From the NCBI GenBank assembly GCA_004556155.1, contig SFIM01000005.1:64161-96160 (forward strand): a stretch of DNA of 32,000 bases, read 5' to 3'. This document shows positions 18,838 through 27,309 of this stretch, piece after piece. Below the pieces are notes generated by a model. The model saw only the letters and a program-made list of their open reading frames with translations. It did not search any database and had not been told where the DNA came from. This DNA comes from Clostridiales bacterium. GTDB lineage: Bacteria > Bacillota > Clostridia > Christensenellales > Aristaeellaceae. The translations under genes were made by a program, and so were the position numbers. Positions within the stretch are counted from its first letter, which is position 1, and every line of letters starts with the position of its first letter.

Positions 18838-19314
18838 ATGGACGTCACCTTTGTTACCTCGGAGGGCACGTTTAACTATCGCGTGTGTGCCGTCATTATC
18901 CATGACAACCATCTGCTTGCCATGCAGGATGAGCGTTCGCCCTATTACTATTTGCCCGGCGGGCGCGTGCATTTGGGCGAAACACTGGAAAGCGCCATGC
19001 ACCGTGAAATGCGCGAGGAGCTTGGCTTTTCAGGTCTTATTCTCCGCCCGCTGTGGCTGTGCGAAAACTTCTTTGTTGAGGATGTAAACCGGCAGCATTA
19101 TCATGAGCTCTGCCTATACTATCTGCTGGAAGCGGACGCGGAGCTGCTCGCCCGCGGCAGGCGCTTTGAAAGCACGGAGGGAAAGCACCACCATGTATTT
19201 GAATGGCTGCCCTTTGATCAGGTAAAAAGCGCTTATCTCTACCCGCTTTTCATCAAAGAACGCATCGACCGCCTGCCTGAGCATCTGGAATTGATTACGC
19301 AGATTGAAAATTGA
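18838..19314 (+). CDS. Nudix hydrolase
   Basis: Nudix box GGRVHLGETLESAMHREMREELGF. ATG 18838 lies 7 nt after AAAGGAG. The ORF-track start at 18583 lies inside alaS. Confidence 0.85.
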   Translation: MDVTFVTSEGTFNYRVCAVIIHDNHLLAMQDERSPYYYLPGGRVHLGETLESAMHREMREELGFSGLILRPLWLCENFFVEDVNRQHYHELCLYYLLEADAELLARGRRFESTEGKHHHVFEWLPFDQVKSAYLYPLFIKERIDRLPEHLELITQIEN

Positions 19315-19322
19315 ACACACGC

Positions 19323-19349
19323 AAAAAGGCCAGGAAATTCCCGGCCTTT
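19323..19349. terminator. Bidirectional terminator between the convergent Nudix and aldehyde dehydrogenase genes
   Basis: AAAAA-GGCCAGG-aaatt-CCCGGCC-TTT. One mismatch in a 7-bp GC stem, with A and T runs on either side. Confidence 0.6.
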
Positions 19350-19361
19350 CACATTTGATTC

Positions 19362-20732
19362 TTAATGCATAAACCACCGCACCACGCGCGCTTTCAGGCT
19401 GGTGTATGGCTGATAACGGAACGGCAAATTGCCGCACACGCCCTGCTTGACCACGCTGGTATAATGCGTAAAGGTATCGAAGCCGCGCTTGCCGTGATAG
19501 CTGCCCATGCCGCTTTCGCCCACGCCGCCAAAGCCCATGTGCGTGGTAGCCAGATGGATGATGGTATCGTTGACGCAGCCGCCGCCAAAGGAGATGGCGT
19601 TCATGATCATGCGCTCGTGCGTGCGGTCGCTTGTAAACAGATACAGCGCCAGGGGCGTTGGATGATGCGCCACGATAGCGGGCACCTCGGCGATATTCTC
19701 GAAGGTCAACACCGGCAAAATGGGGCCAAAGATTTCATCCTGCATGGCGGCGGAATCCCGTGTGGCGTGATCGATGATGGCCGGCGCAATGCGCAGCTGC
19801 CGCGCGTTCGTTTCGCCGCCAAATACGTCCTTTTCATCCGCCAGCAGGCCGCACAGCCTGTCAAAGTGCTTTTGATTGACGATCTTGCCGTAATTAGGAT
19901 TATCCAGCGGCTTTTCGCCGAACTGGCGGACGATTTCGCGTTTCATGGCCGCGATCAGCGCGTCATGCACGCGCGCATGCACCAGCACATAGTCCGGCGC
20001 TACGCAGGTTTGTCCGCAATTAAGGTACTTGCCAAACACAATGCGCCGCGCCGCCCAGGCGATATTGGCTGTTTCATCCACGATGCACGGGCTTTTGCCT
20101 CCCAGCTCAAGCGTCACGGGCGTAAGGTGGCGCGCAGCCTTTTCCATCACCAGGCGGCCCACCGTCTTGCTGCCGGTAAAGAAAATATAATCAAACTTCT
20201 CTTCCAGCAGCGCGGTGTTTTCATTGCGTCCGCCCTCAATGACGGCCACATATTCGGGCGCAAAGGTATCCCCCAGCAGTTTTGCAATGGCATGGCTGAC
20301 GTTGGGTGAGTAGGCGCTGGGCTTAACCAGCGCCGTATTGCCCGCAGCCAGCGCATCCACCAGCGGGCCGATGGTCAGCAGCAGCGGATAGTTCCACGGG
20401 CTCATAATCAGCACATTGCCGTAGGGCTTAGCCAGCACGCGCGATGCAGCAATCCCTTGCGCCAGCGGCGTGGGCACAGCCTTTGCGCGGGCAAAGCGCA
20501 GCACATGGCGCAGCATATAGGCCAGCTCCTCAAGCACCATGCCAACCTCGCTCATATATCCCTCAAAGCCGCTCTTGTCCAGATCCGCCTGTAGCGCATC
20601 CAGCAGCAGCTTCTCCTGCGCGCGGATGGCCACCTGCAGCTTTTTCAGCTGTGCAATTCTAAAACCAACATTTTTTGTTTCGCCTTTTTCAAAATAAGCG
20701 CGCTGCATAGCGCAAATGCGCGTAATATCCAT
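19362..20732 (-). CDS. NAD(P)-dependent aldehyde dehydrogenase (ALDH3/YwdH-like)
   Basis: ELGGKSP, catalytic Cys context CGQTCVAPDY, and FGGVGESGMGSYHG. The ATG at 20732 lies 8 nt after AAAGGAG (20741-20747 on the minus strand). The ORF-track GTG at 20741 overlaps that RBS. Confidence 0.9.
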   Translation of the reverse strand: MDITRICAMQRAYFEKGETKNVGFRIAQLKKLQVAIRAQEKLLLDALQADLDKSGFEGYMSEVGMVLEELAYMLRHVLRFARAKAVPTPLAQGIAASRVLAKPYGNVLIMSPWNYPLLLTIGPLVDALAAGNTALVKPSAYSPNVSHAIAKLLGDTFAPEYVAVIEGGRNENTALLEEKFDYIFFTGSKTVGRLVMEKAARHLTPVTLELGGKSPCIVDETANIAWAARRIVFGKYLNCGQTCVAPDYVLVHARVHDALIAAMKREIVRQFGEKPLDNPNYGKIVNQKHFDRLCGLLADEKDVFGGETNARQLRIAPAIIDHATRDSAAMQDEIFGPILPVLTFENIAEVPAIVAHHPTPLALYLFTSDRTHERMIMNAISFGGGCVNDTIIHLATTHMGFGGVGESGMGSYHGKRGFDTFTHYTSVVKQGVCGNLPFRYQPYTSLKARVVRWFMH

Positions 20733-20868
20733 CGTCAACACTCCTTTACCGTACTATTATACCGTATTCTCCTCTGCTGCGCCATAGGATGGCTAAAAAA
20801 AGCTATGCGCAGCCAGCGAATTATGCTATAATCCAAGGGACGAACACGCACGAAAGCGAGGCATACCC

Positions 20869-21672
20869 ATGATTGATTTGCACGCAATACAGACCCGCGT
20901 GGAAGCGCTGATCCGCCAGGCCGGCAAAAAAATTGCCGATACCAGCGCATCGCCCATCCACAAAAAGGCCGGGCATTATAACCTGGTAACGGATACGGAC
21001 GTAGTGGTGGAGGAGTTTTTGAAGCAAGAGCTGCTTGCCCTTCTGCCAGACAGCCGCTTTTTTGCCGAGGAACAGGAAAACGAAGCGCTGACAAGCGCCT
21101 ATACCTGGATTGTCGATCCTGTGGACGGCACCTGCAATTTCACCCGCGGCCGCCGCGCATCCTGCGTATCTATCGCGCTGATACTGGATCGGAAGCCCAT
21201 TCTCGGCATGATTTATAATCCCTATGCGGACGAGCTTTTTTCCGCCGTTCGCGGCGAGGGCGCATGCATGAACGGCCAGCCCATCCATGTGACCGAAAAT
21301 GCCTTTGATAACGCGCTGATCGCCTTTGGCACATCGCCCTACTATGCGCACCTGGCCGCGGCAACGGCCTATTGCTTCCATCAGTTTCTTACCCGCAGCG
21401 GCGATCTGCGCCGGGTAGGCTCGGCCGCGCTGGATTGCTGTGATCTGGCCTGCGGGCGCGCGGACGTGTTTTTTGAGCTGCTGCTCTCCCCCTGGGATTT
21501 CGCAGCCGGCGCGCTGCTGATTGAGGAAGCAGGCGGCATTTTTACCATGCCTTATGAAGCTGAAACGGACTTCGGCAAGCCCGCCTGCATTCTGGCAGCC
21601 AACCCGCAATGTCTGGCTCCCGCGCATGAAATCCTGATGCGCGCCAGAGATTATATCGAAAAAGGAAACTGA
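20869..21672 (+). CDS. Inositol monophosphatase family protein (SuhB-like)
   Basis: FAEEQ, WIVDPVDGTCNF and SPWDFAAG motifs. An extended -10, TGcTATAAT, lies at 20824-20832. Confidence 0.85.
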   Translation: MIDLHAIQTRVEALIRQAGKKIADTSASPIHKKAGHYNLVTDTDVVVEEFLKQELLALLPDSRFFAEEQENEALTSAYTWIVDPVDGTCNFTRGRRASCVSIALILDRKPILGMIYNPYADELFSAVRGEGACMNGQPIHVTENAFDNALIAFGTSPYYAHLAAATAYCFHQFLTRSGDLRRVGSAALDCCDLACGRADVFFELLLSPWDFAAGALLIEEAGGIFTMPYEAETDFGKPACILAANPQCLAPAHEILMRARDYIEKGN

Positions 21673-21685
21673 TCTTTCACTCGTA

Positions 21686-21731
21686 AAACACCCCCGGATC
21701 GTCTGCCTGTCGGCGCGATTCGGGGGTGTTT
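21686..21731. terminator. Bidirectional terminator between the convergent suhB-like and alr genes
   Basis: AAACACCCCCG (21686-21696) pairs perfectly with CGGGGGTGTTT (21721-21731). Confidence 0.75.
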
Positions 21732-21733
21732 AT

Positions 21734-22840
21734 TTACAGATAGATCCGCGGCACACGCCTGGTGATGATGGCTGTGCACTCGTTGCGGTTGAGCCCACCG
21801 CGCTGGGCGTACTCGCGCAGCGAAACGCCGCCGCCAAGCAATATCGCCGTATCACCAGGGGCCGTCTCCGGGATATCCGTCACGTCCGCCATCATCTGAT
21901 CCATGCAGATCAGGCCCAGTACCCATGCCCGGCGGCCATGAATCTCTATCTCTCCCTTGCCGCTGAACACGCGTGGATAGCCGTCTGCATAGCCTGCGGA
22001 GATCACCGCCACGCGAGTATCATGCATCAGCGAATGGTCGTCGTCATAGCCGATCAGCTCACCCGCCTTGACCATAAACACACGCGTAACTCGGGCGCAG
22101 AACCGACCGACTGGCTGGATTCTTTCGGGCTGCGCATAACCATTTGGCGTGTTGCCATACAGCATGGCGCCCACCCGCACCGCATCATACTGCCACTGCG
22201 GATAGCGGGTGATGCCGATGGAGTCCAGCATATGCGCCATGGGAATGGCAATCCCCTTTGCTAAAAGCCCTGTGCGCACCGTCTCAAAGGCCGCCTGCTG
22301 CGCCTGGTCGCTCTGCGTATTGTGGAGCGCCAAGTGGGTATACAAGCCCTCTAAGGCAATACCAGGCAATGCGGTGCAGCGGACAATCTGCTCCGCCGCC
22401 GTATCGGGCGTAAAGCCGATGCGATGTAGACCGGTATCCACCTTAAAATGAACCTTGGCAGGCGTATTGGTCTGCTGCGCTGCCTGCGACACGCGCTGCG
22501 CGGCATCACAGGCACCAACCGTCAAACGGATATCCTGCCTGATCGCCGTATCCAGCGCACCATCCAGCGATTCGCCCATGCACAGAATCCAGGCTTCCGG
22601 CAGCGCGTCGCGCAGCTCAAAGGCTTCTGACAGGCACGCTACAGCAAAGTGCCGCACACCTTGTGTCCAAAGGAAACGTCCAACCGTACGCAAGCCGTAG
22701 CCATAAGCATCCGCCTTCAGCACGGCAATCAGGCGCGTTTTGGGCTTTAGCAGCTCTCGCGCGGCGGCAAGGTTGTTGGCAATCGCCGCCGTGTTCACTT
22801 CCAGATAGCAGCGGGCGCGCGGCGCATCCTGACAAATCAT
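21734..22840 (-). CDS. alr: Alanine racemase
   Basis: PLP-lysine motif AVLKADAYGYG, plus GYADGYPR and ICMDQMMADVT. The ATG at 22840 lies 8 nt after GAGG. The longer ORF-track start (22885) would overlap the upstream permease gene. Confidence 0.9.
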   Translation of the reverse strand: MICQDAPRARCYLEVNTAAIANNLAAARELLKPKTRLIAVLKADAYGYGLRTVGRFLWTQGVRHFAVACLSEAFELRDALPEAWILCMGESLDGALDTAIRQDIRLTVGACDAAQRVSQAAQQTNTPAKVHFKVDTGLHRIGFTPDTAAEQIVRCTALPGIALEGLYTHLALHNTQSDQAQQAAFETVRTGLLAKGIAIPMAHMLDSIGITRYPQWQYDAVRVGAMLYGNTPNGYAQPERIQPVGRFCARVTRVFMVKAGELIGYDDDHSLMHDTRVAVISAGYADGYPRVFSGKGEIEIHGRRAWVLGLICMDQMMADVTDIPETAPGDTAILLGGGVSLREYAQRGGLNRNECTAIITRRVPRIYL

Positions 22841-22850
22841 AGGCACTGCC

Positions 22851-24254
22851 TCACACATGATTCTTTGGATCGGCCGCGTCCGCAAAGGCGTTGCCGATCA
22901 GGTAAAAGGAAATGGTGATGATGGAAAGCACAATGGTCGGGAAAACCAGCTGATAGCTCTGCGAGGTGGAAATCAGCTTGCGCCCGGTATTGATCAGGTT
23001 GCCAAGCGAAGGCGTGCTGACGGGCAAGCCCAGGCCGATATAGGTAATGAATACCTCGCTGCCAATCGCCCCTGGAATGGCCAGCGCCATGCGCAGGGTG
23101 ATCACCGATACCAAATAAGGCAGCAGATTGCGCGTGATGATGCACAGTGTGCTGGTGCCCAGGCACCTGGAAGCCAGGTTATAGTCGCGGTCGCGGATGA
23201 TAACGATCTGGTTGCGGATAAAGCGCGCCATGCCCACCCAGCCGGTCAGGCACATGGCAAAGATCAGCGTGCCTACGCCTGGACGCATGATATAGGAAAT
23301 CAGCACCAGCACGATGGTGGTGGGCACGTTGTCAACCACATTGTAAACCGCCGTAAGCAGGCGATCCAGCCTGCGAACATAGCCCCACAGCACACCCACG
23401 ACGATGCCGGTGAATGCCTCGATCACCGCCACAATAAAGCCGATAAACAGCGACGTACGCGTGCCAGACCACACCATCGCCCACAGATCCTGCCCCAGAT
23501 TGTTGGTACCAAACAGGAACGGCGCGGTGCTGGGCAGGATGCGCAGCGCACAGGCTGCATTGGTGACGGCATGATCGCCGTCCATATCCAGATACCTTGT
23601 CTCTACAAACAGCGCGTCGCCGTTGTTGGTGCAATCCGCTGGGGAGCTGTACAGCTTGATGGGAAAATTGGATCGCGCGGTATAGGGCGTTTGCGTATAG
23701 TCCTCGGGCAGCTTCAGCTTGGTGGTAAAGTCGTTTTTCACATAGCCGCGCTGGCCGTTGATCTCTACATAGCAATAGAAATCGCCGTATTCCAGCACGG
23801 TAAACTGCTCGCGCGCTTTCAGGGAGGCGAGTACATTGCTCACCGCGCTCCAGCGTTCGTCTTCATATGGAGTGACGATCAGCTCCGTACCCGCCTCCAC
23901 GCGAGTCTTCACCGTGGTCAGGGAGGGAGCGATGTTGCTCATTTGAATCTGCGTGATCGGGTGATTGATAATCAGGTTGGCTGGGTACTGTCCAGGCAGA
24001 GTCGGCTGGATAAAGGTGAACAGCAGCAGCGCCAGCAGCACGCAGAAAAGCGTCAGCGCCACCCTGTTTTTAAGGAAGGCGCGGAAGGTGCTGCCCCAAT
24101 AGGAATAATCGGAATAGCCGATCATTTCCCCTTCGCCCGGATGATACTGCGCAAACGTAAAGGGAGCCTTGGCCGCCGCCTGCATGCGCTCGCGCAGAGA
24201 ATCGCTCATGCGCGCCTCCACAGGCGCACTTTTCCATTTGCTGAACATGCCCAT
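22851..24254 (-). CDS. OppC/DppC-like ABC permease with an enlarged extracytoplasmic loop
   Basis: TM1 VALTLFCVLLALLLFTFI, then about 165 aa, then the conserved LFGTNNLGQDLWAMVWSGTRTSLFIGF block and the permease core. The ATG overlaps the upstream stop (ATGA). At 467 aa it is well above the roughly 300 aa I recall for typical OppC proteins. Confidence 0.85.
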   Translation of the reverse strand: MGMFSKWKSAPVEARMSDSLRERMQAAAKAPFTFAQYHPGEGEMIGYSDYSYWGSTFRAFLKNRVALTLFCVLLALLLFTFIQPTLPGQYPANLIINHPITQIQMSNIAPSLTTVKTRVEAGTELIVTPYEDERWSAVSNVLASLKAREQFTVLEYGDFYCYVEINGQRGYVKNDFTTKLKLPEDYTQTPYTARSNFPIKLYSSPADCTNNGDALFVETRYLDMDGDHAVTNAACALRILPSTAPFLFGTNNLGQDLWAMVWSGTRTSLFIGFIVAVIEAFTGIVVGVLWGYVRRLDRLLTAVYNVVDNVPTTIVLVLISYIMRPGVGTLIFAMCLTGWVGMARFIRNQIVIIRDRDYNLASRCLGTSTLCIITRNLLPYLVSVITLRMALAIPGAIGSEVFITYIGLGLPVSTPSLGNLINTGRKLISTSQSYQLVFPTIVLSIITISFYLIGNAFADAADPKNHV

Positions 24255-25195
24255 CAGCGCGCATCCCCCTTTCCGTGCAGGGAGATACGGGGATCCACCA
24301 GCACCATCAGCAGGTCGCCCAGGATCAGGCCCACAATCCCGATGCAGCTGTAAATCATCACAATGGCCTGCACCATGGGGTTATCCTGGCGGCTGATCAC
24401 ATCCACCAGCAGGCCGCCCATACCGGGAATGGAATAAAGCGACTCAATATAAATGGAGCCGCATACCGTATACATCAGCGACGTTGGAATATACTGAATC
24501 ATAGGCACAAAGGCGTTACGGAACACATGGCGCATGGTGATTTTGCTTTCGTTTACGCCCTTGGCGCGCGCCAGCTTTACATAATCCTTGTTGTTTTCAT
24601 CCACCATATAGCGACGCAGCCACATGGCGTAATAGGCGATATTGCCAAGCGACATGGAAAACACAGGCAATATCCAGGTGCGCAGATCCTCGCGGCTGAA
24701 CAGCATGCTCACACGCAGGGCGGTGGAGCCAAGCGTTTGCAGGTAAATATAGTACACCGCCGCGGGCACGGCGTTGACGAATACGATAAAAGCCGTGCCG
24801 AAGCGATCCCAGAAGCCGGATTGAGAACGCGCCATGGCCGCGCCCAGCGGGATGCCCAGCACCAGCGCCACGCCCATGGAAAGCAAACCCAGGATAATCG
24901 ATATGGGCGCTTTCTGCGCAATGATGCCGCTGATGGGCGCACCCACGCTGTAGCGGGAAGAGGTGCCCAAATCGCCGTGCAGCAAACCGCCAAAGAAGCT
25001 GAGCAGCTGCTTATGCAGCGGCTGATCCAGACCCAGCTGCGTCAGGCGCGCAGCGATCATGCTGTTGTCGAGCTTATCAAAATTATCAAAGTATCCCTCA
25101 ATCGGCATTTGGCGCAGCAAAACAAACACTACCGTCAAAATCACCAGCAGCGTCAGCACGGAGGATATCATTCTTTTCAGTAAATATTTACCCAA
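24254..25195 (-). CDS. OppB/DppB-like ABC permease
   Basis: N-terminus (M)GKYLLKRMISSVLTLLVILTVVFVLL is typical of OppB. The TTG at 25195 lies 6 nt after AAGGAG (25202-25207 on the minus strand). Confidence 0.9.
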   Translation of the reverse strand: MGKYLLKRMISSVLTLLVILTVVFVLLRQMPIEGYFDNFDKLDNSMIAARLTQLGLDQPLHKQLLSFFGGLLHGDLGTSSRYSVGAPISGIIAQKAPISIILGLLSMGVALVLGIPLGAAMARSQSGFWDRFGTAFIVFVNAVPAAVYYIYLQTLGSTALRVSMLFSREDLRTWILPVFSMSLGNIAYYAMWLRRYMVDENNKDYVKLARAKGVNESKITMRHVFRNAFVPMIQYIPTSLMYTVCGSIYIESLYSIPGMGGLLVDVISRQDNPMVQAIVMIYSCIGIVGLILGDLLMVLVDPRISLHGKGDAR

Positions 25196-25233
25196 GGCCC
25201 GCTCCTTCCGGCCATGCCGTAAATGCAGCAGGA

Positions 25234-25260
25234 CGGCAGGAGGCGTTTCGCCCCCCGCCG
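25234..25260 (-). other. Intercistronic GC-rich RNA hairpin between the binding-protein and permease genes
   Basis: On the minus-strand transcript, CGGCGGGGGGCG-AAA-CGCCTCCTGCCG forms a 12-bp stem with two G-U pairs. No U-tract follows it. This is typical of a 3' stabiliser or partial attenuator that raises SBP:permease stoichiometry. Confidence 0.55.
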
Positions 25261-25291
25261 CATGCCGCGCGCATTGCGTGTAAGCTTTATT

Positions 25292-27151
25292 TTAGGGATT
25301 GGCCGTCAGCGCTTCCAGATCGCTGAGCCACTGGTCATAGGCGTCGTAGTACTGATCGGTGCTCATGGGCTGATCCAGCAGCACCGCGCCCTTGAAGCGC
25401 TCCTTGGAAATGCCAGTCGCCGTGTAGGGCAAGGTGAAGGGATCGATGCGGCTGGCCGTGTAGCCGCCCGTGCTGAAGCCGTAGGGGATCACGATGGCGT
25501 GATCCACGATGAAGGCTTCCGCCTGAGCAAAGGCCGCGTAGCGTGCCGTCAGGTCATCATAGATGGCCGTCGCCTGATCAAACAGGCTGTATAACTCGGT
25601 GCGAACCTCATCCATGCCCTCGCACTTATCGATGAAGTTATAGTTGTTGCCGACGGCAAAGGGCTCAGAGAATGTCTCGGGATCATCATAATCCGGGCCC
25701 CAGTTGCACTTCATAAAGGCATAGTTGCCGCTGCGGCGCGTGCTGCCAAGGAAGCCGGAGGAAGGATATGCCTCGATAATGATATCGATATAATCCTTGC
25801 CCAGCAGTTCTTCCAGCTGCTGCTCGATGATCTGGCACTCGTCCGCCCAGCCGTTCACGCTGGCATTATAGGGCATAAATACCTTAATGGGGAAGGTAAC
25901 GCCAGCGGCGGTCAGTTCTTCAATGGCCTTGTCGCGATACTCAATCGCCTTGTCAGTCTGATAGGTACCCACGCCCAGCTCGGTAATAGCCTTGAGCGCG
26001 CCAGTCTTTACATAATCCTCGCCGTTGATAATCAGGAAATCGGTAGGCGTAATGCTGTTGAACAGCAGCGCCTCGGCATTGTCCGCATCCGCCGCCGTCT
26101 TTACCTTCAATCGATCCAGACCGTAATAGAAGGACTTGCGGAAATTTTCGTTCACAACGGCCTTGGCCCAGTTTTCAGGCTCATACTCGGCCGCAAACTG
26201 CGGAGCATAGTTAAAGGAGAAGAAATAGCTGTAGCAGCTGGTGGGACGGTCGGGACGGATATACTCGGACTTAACCGGATCGTCCAGCCACTGGCTGGCA
26301 ATCTCGGCGCTGATGGAGGCGGAGTCCACCTCGCCCTTCAGATACAGATCAGCCGAGATGGTCGATGCTTCTTTGTTGTAACGATAAACAATCTGATCGA
26401 TCGTTACATGCTCGAGATCCCAATAGGCGCTGTTCTTGGTAAGCACACGGGTTTCCTGGGGCTTGAACTCCGTCAGCGTGTACGCGCCGCAGTACAGCAG
26501 GGTATCGTTCCCGGTAGCCAGGCCAAACTGTTCGCCCTTCTCGGCAAGGAAAGGGCCATAAACAGGCATGAAAGCCTGATTGTCTACCATCGACAGGAAA
26601 TAGGCCACAGGATTCTTCAAGGTGTACTGCAGGGTATAATCATTCAGCGCCTTTACACCCACGGTATCCCATTCGGTCTTGGGAGCGGGCTGCTCCCCCT
26701 CCTTGGGGGTAGCGGTGCCATCGTAGTATTCCTTCGCGCCCACGATGATCTTATACAGCGTTTTGGCGCTGCCGGAGGCATGCTGGGCGTTGAGAATGTA
26801 TTCGGCAGCTGTCACAAAATCGTGAGCCGTCACTTCAGCCACGGCATTGCCCTGCGCGTCCACCCACTGCACGCCCTGGCGCAGGCGGAACGTCCAGGTC
26901 AGGCCGTCGGCGCTGGCTTCCCAGCTTTCAGCCAGGCAGGGCTGAAGCTGCCCATACCGGTCTGATTCAACCAGCGTATCAATCAGGTTAGAAAGCAGCC
27001 CAAACTCGCTGGTGGTAGTGGTGGTCAGATAATTCAGTGTTGTCACTTCGCCGCTGTACAGGGAGCGATATGTCTGTTTCTCTGCCAGCGCAGGTGCAGC
27101 GGCGGACAGAGCCAGGAGCAGCGTGAGCAACAGAGCGATAAACTTTTTCAT
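25292..27151 (-). CDS. ABC transporter substrate-binding protein, family 5 (OppA/DppA-like peptide-binding type)
   Basis: Signal peptide MKKFIALLLTLLLALSAAAPALA. Family-5 N-terminal block LVESDRYGQLQPCLAESWEASADGLTWTFRLRQGVQWVD. The ATG at 27151 lies 5 nt after AAGGAGGAAC. The ORF-track start at 27193 has no RBS. Confidence 0.9.
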   Translation of the reverse strand: MKKFIALLLTLLLALSAAAPALAEKQTYRSLYSGEVTTLNYLTTTTTSEFGLLSNLIDTLVESDRYGQLQPCLAESWEASADGLTWTFRLRQGVQWVDAQGNAVAEVTAHDFVTAAEYILNAQHASGSAKTLYKIIVGAKEYYDGTATPKEGEQPAPKTEWDTVGVKALNDYTLQYTLKNPVAYFLSMVDNQAFMPVYGPFLAEKGEQFGLATGNDTLLYCGAYTLTEFKPQETRVLTKNSAYWDLEHVTIDQIVYRYNKEASTISADLYLKGEVDSASISAEIASQWLDDPVKSEYIRPDRPTSCYSYFFSFNYAPQFAAEYEPENWAKAVVNENFRKSFYYGLDRLKVKTAADADNAEALLFNSITPTDFLIINGEDYVKTGALKAITELGVGTYQTDKAIEYRDKAIEELTAAGVTFPIKVFMPYNASVNGWADECQIIEQQLEELLGKDYIDIIIEAYPSSGFLGSTRRSGNYAFMKCNWGPDYDDPETFSEPFAVGNNYNFIDKCEGMDEVRTELYSLFDQATAIYDDLTARYAAFAQAEAFIVDHAIVIPYGFSTGGYTASRIDPFTLPYTATGISKERFKGAVLLDQPMSTDQYYDAYDQWLSDLEALTANP

Positions 27152-27256
27152 CAATCGTTCCTCCTTCTTGTGCAGTTCAAGCGAACTGTTCATTTTATGC
27201 GGGCATGATCAGCCTGATGCCGAATAAAGCAAAATCACGCCCTTGCTACATTGCAC

Positions 27257-27285
27257 AATGTAAACAAAAAGCGTGATTTTGTCAA
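27257..27285 (-). promoter_or_regulatory. Candidate sigma-A promoter of the SBP-permease-alr operon
   Basis: On the minus strand: TTGACA (27280-27285), 17-nt spacer, TACATT (27257-27262). The -10 lies inside a 16-bp perfect palindrome. Confidence 0.5.
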
Positions 27286-27309
27286 CCACTATATGGTTTT
27301 TTGTCCAGA

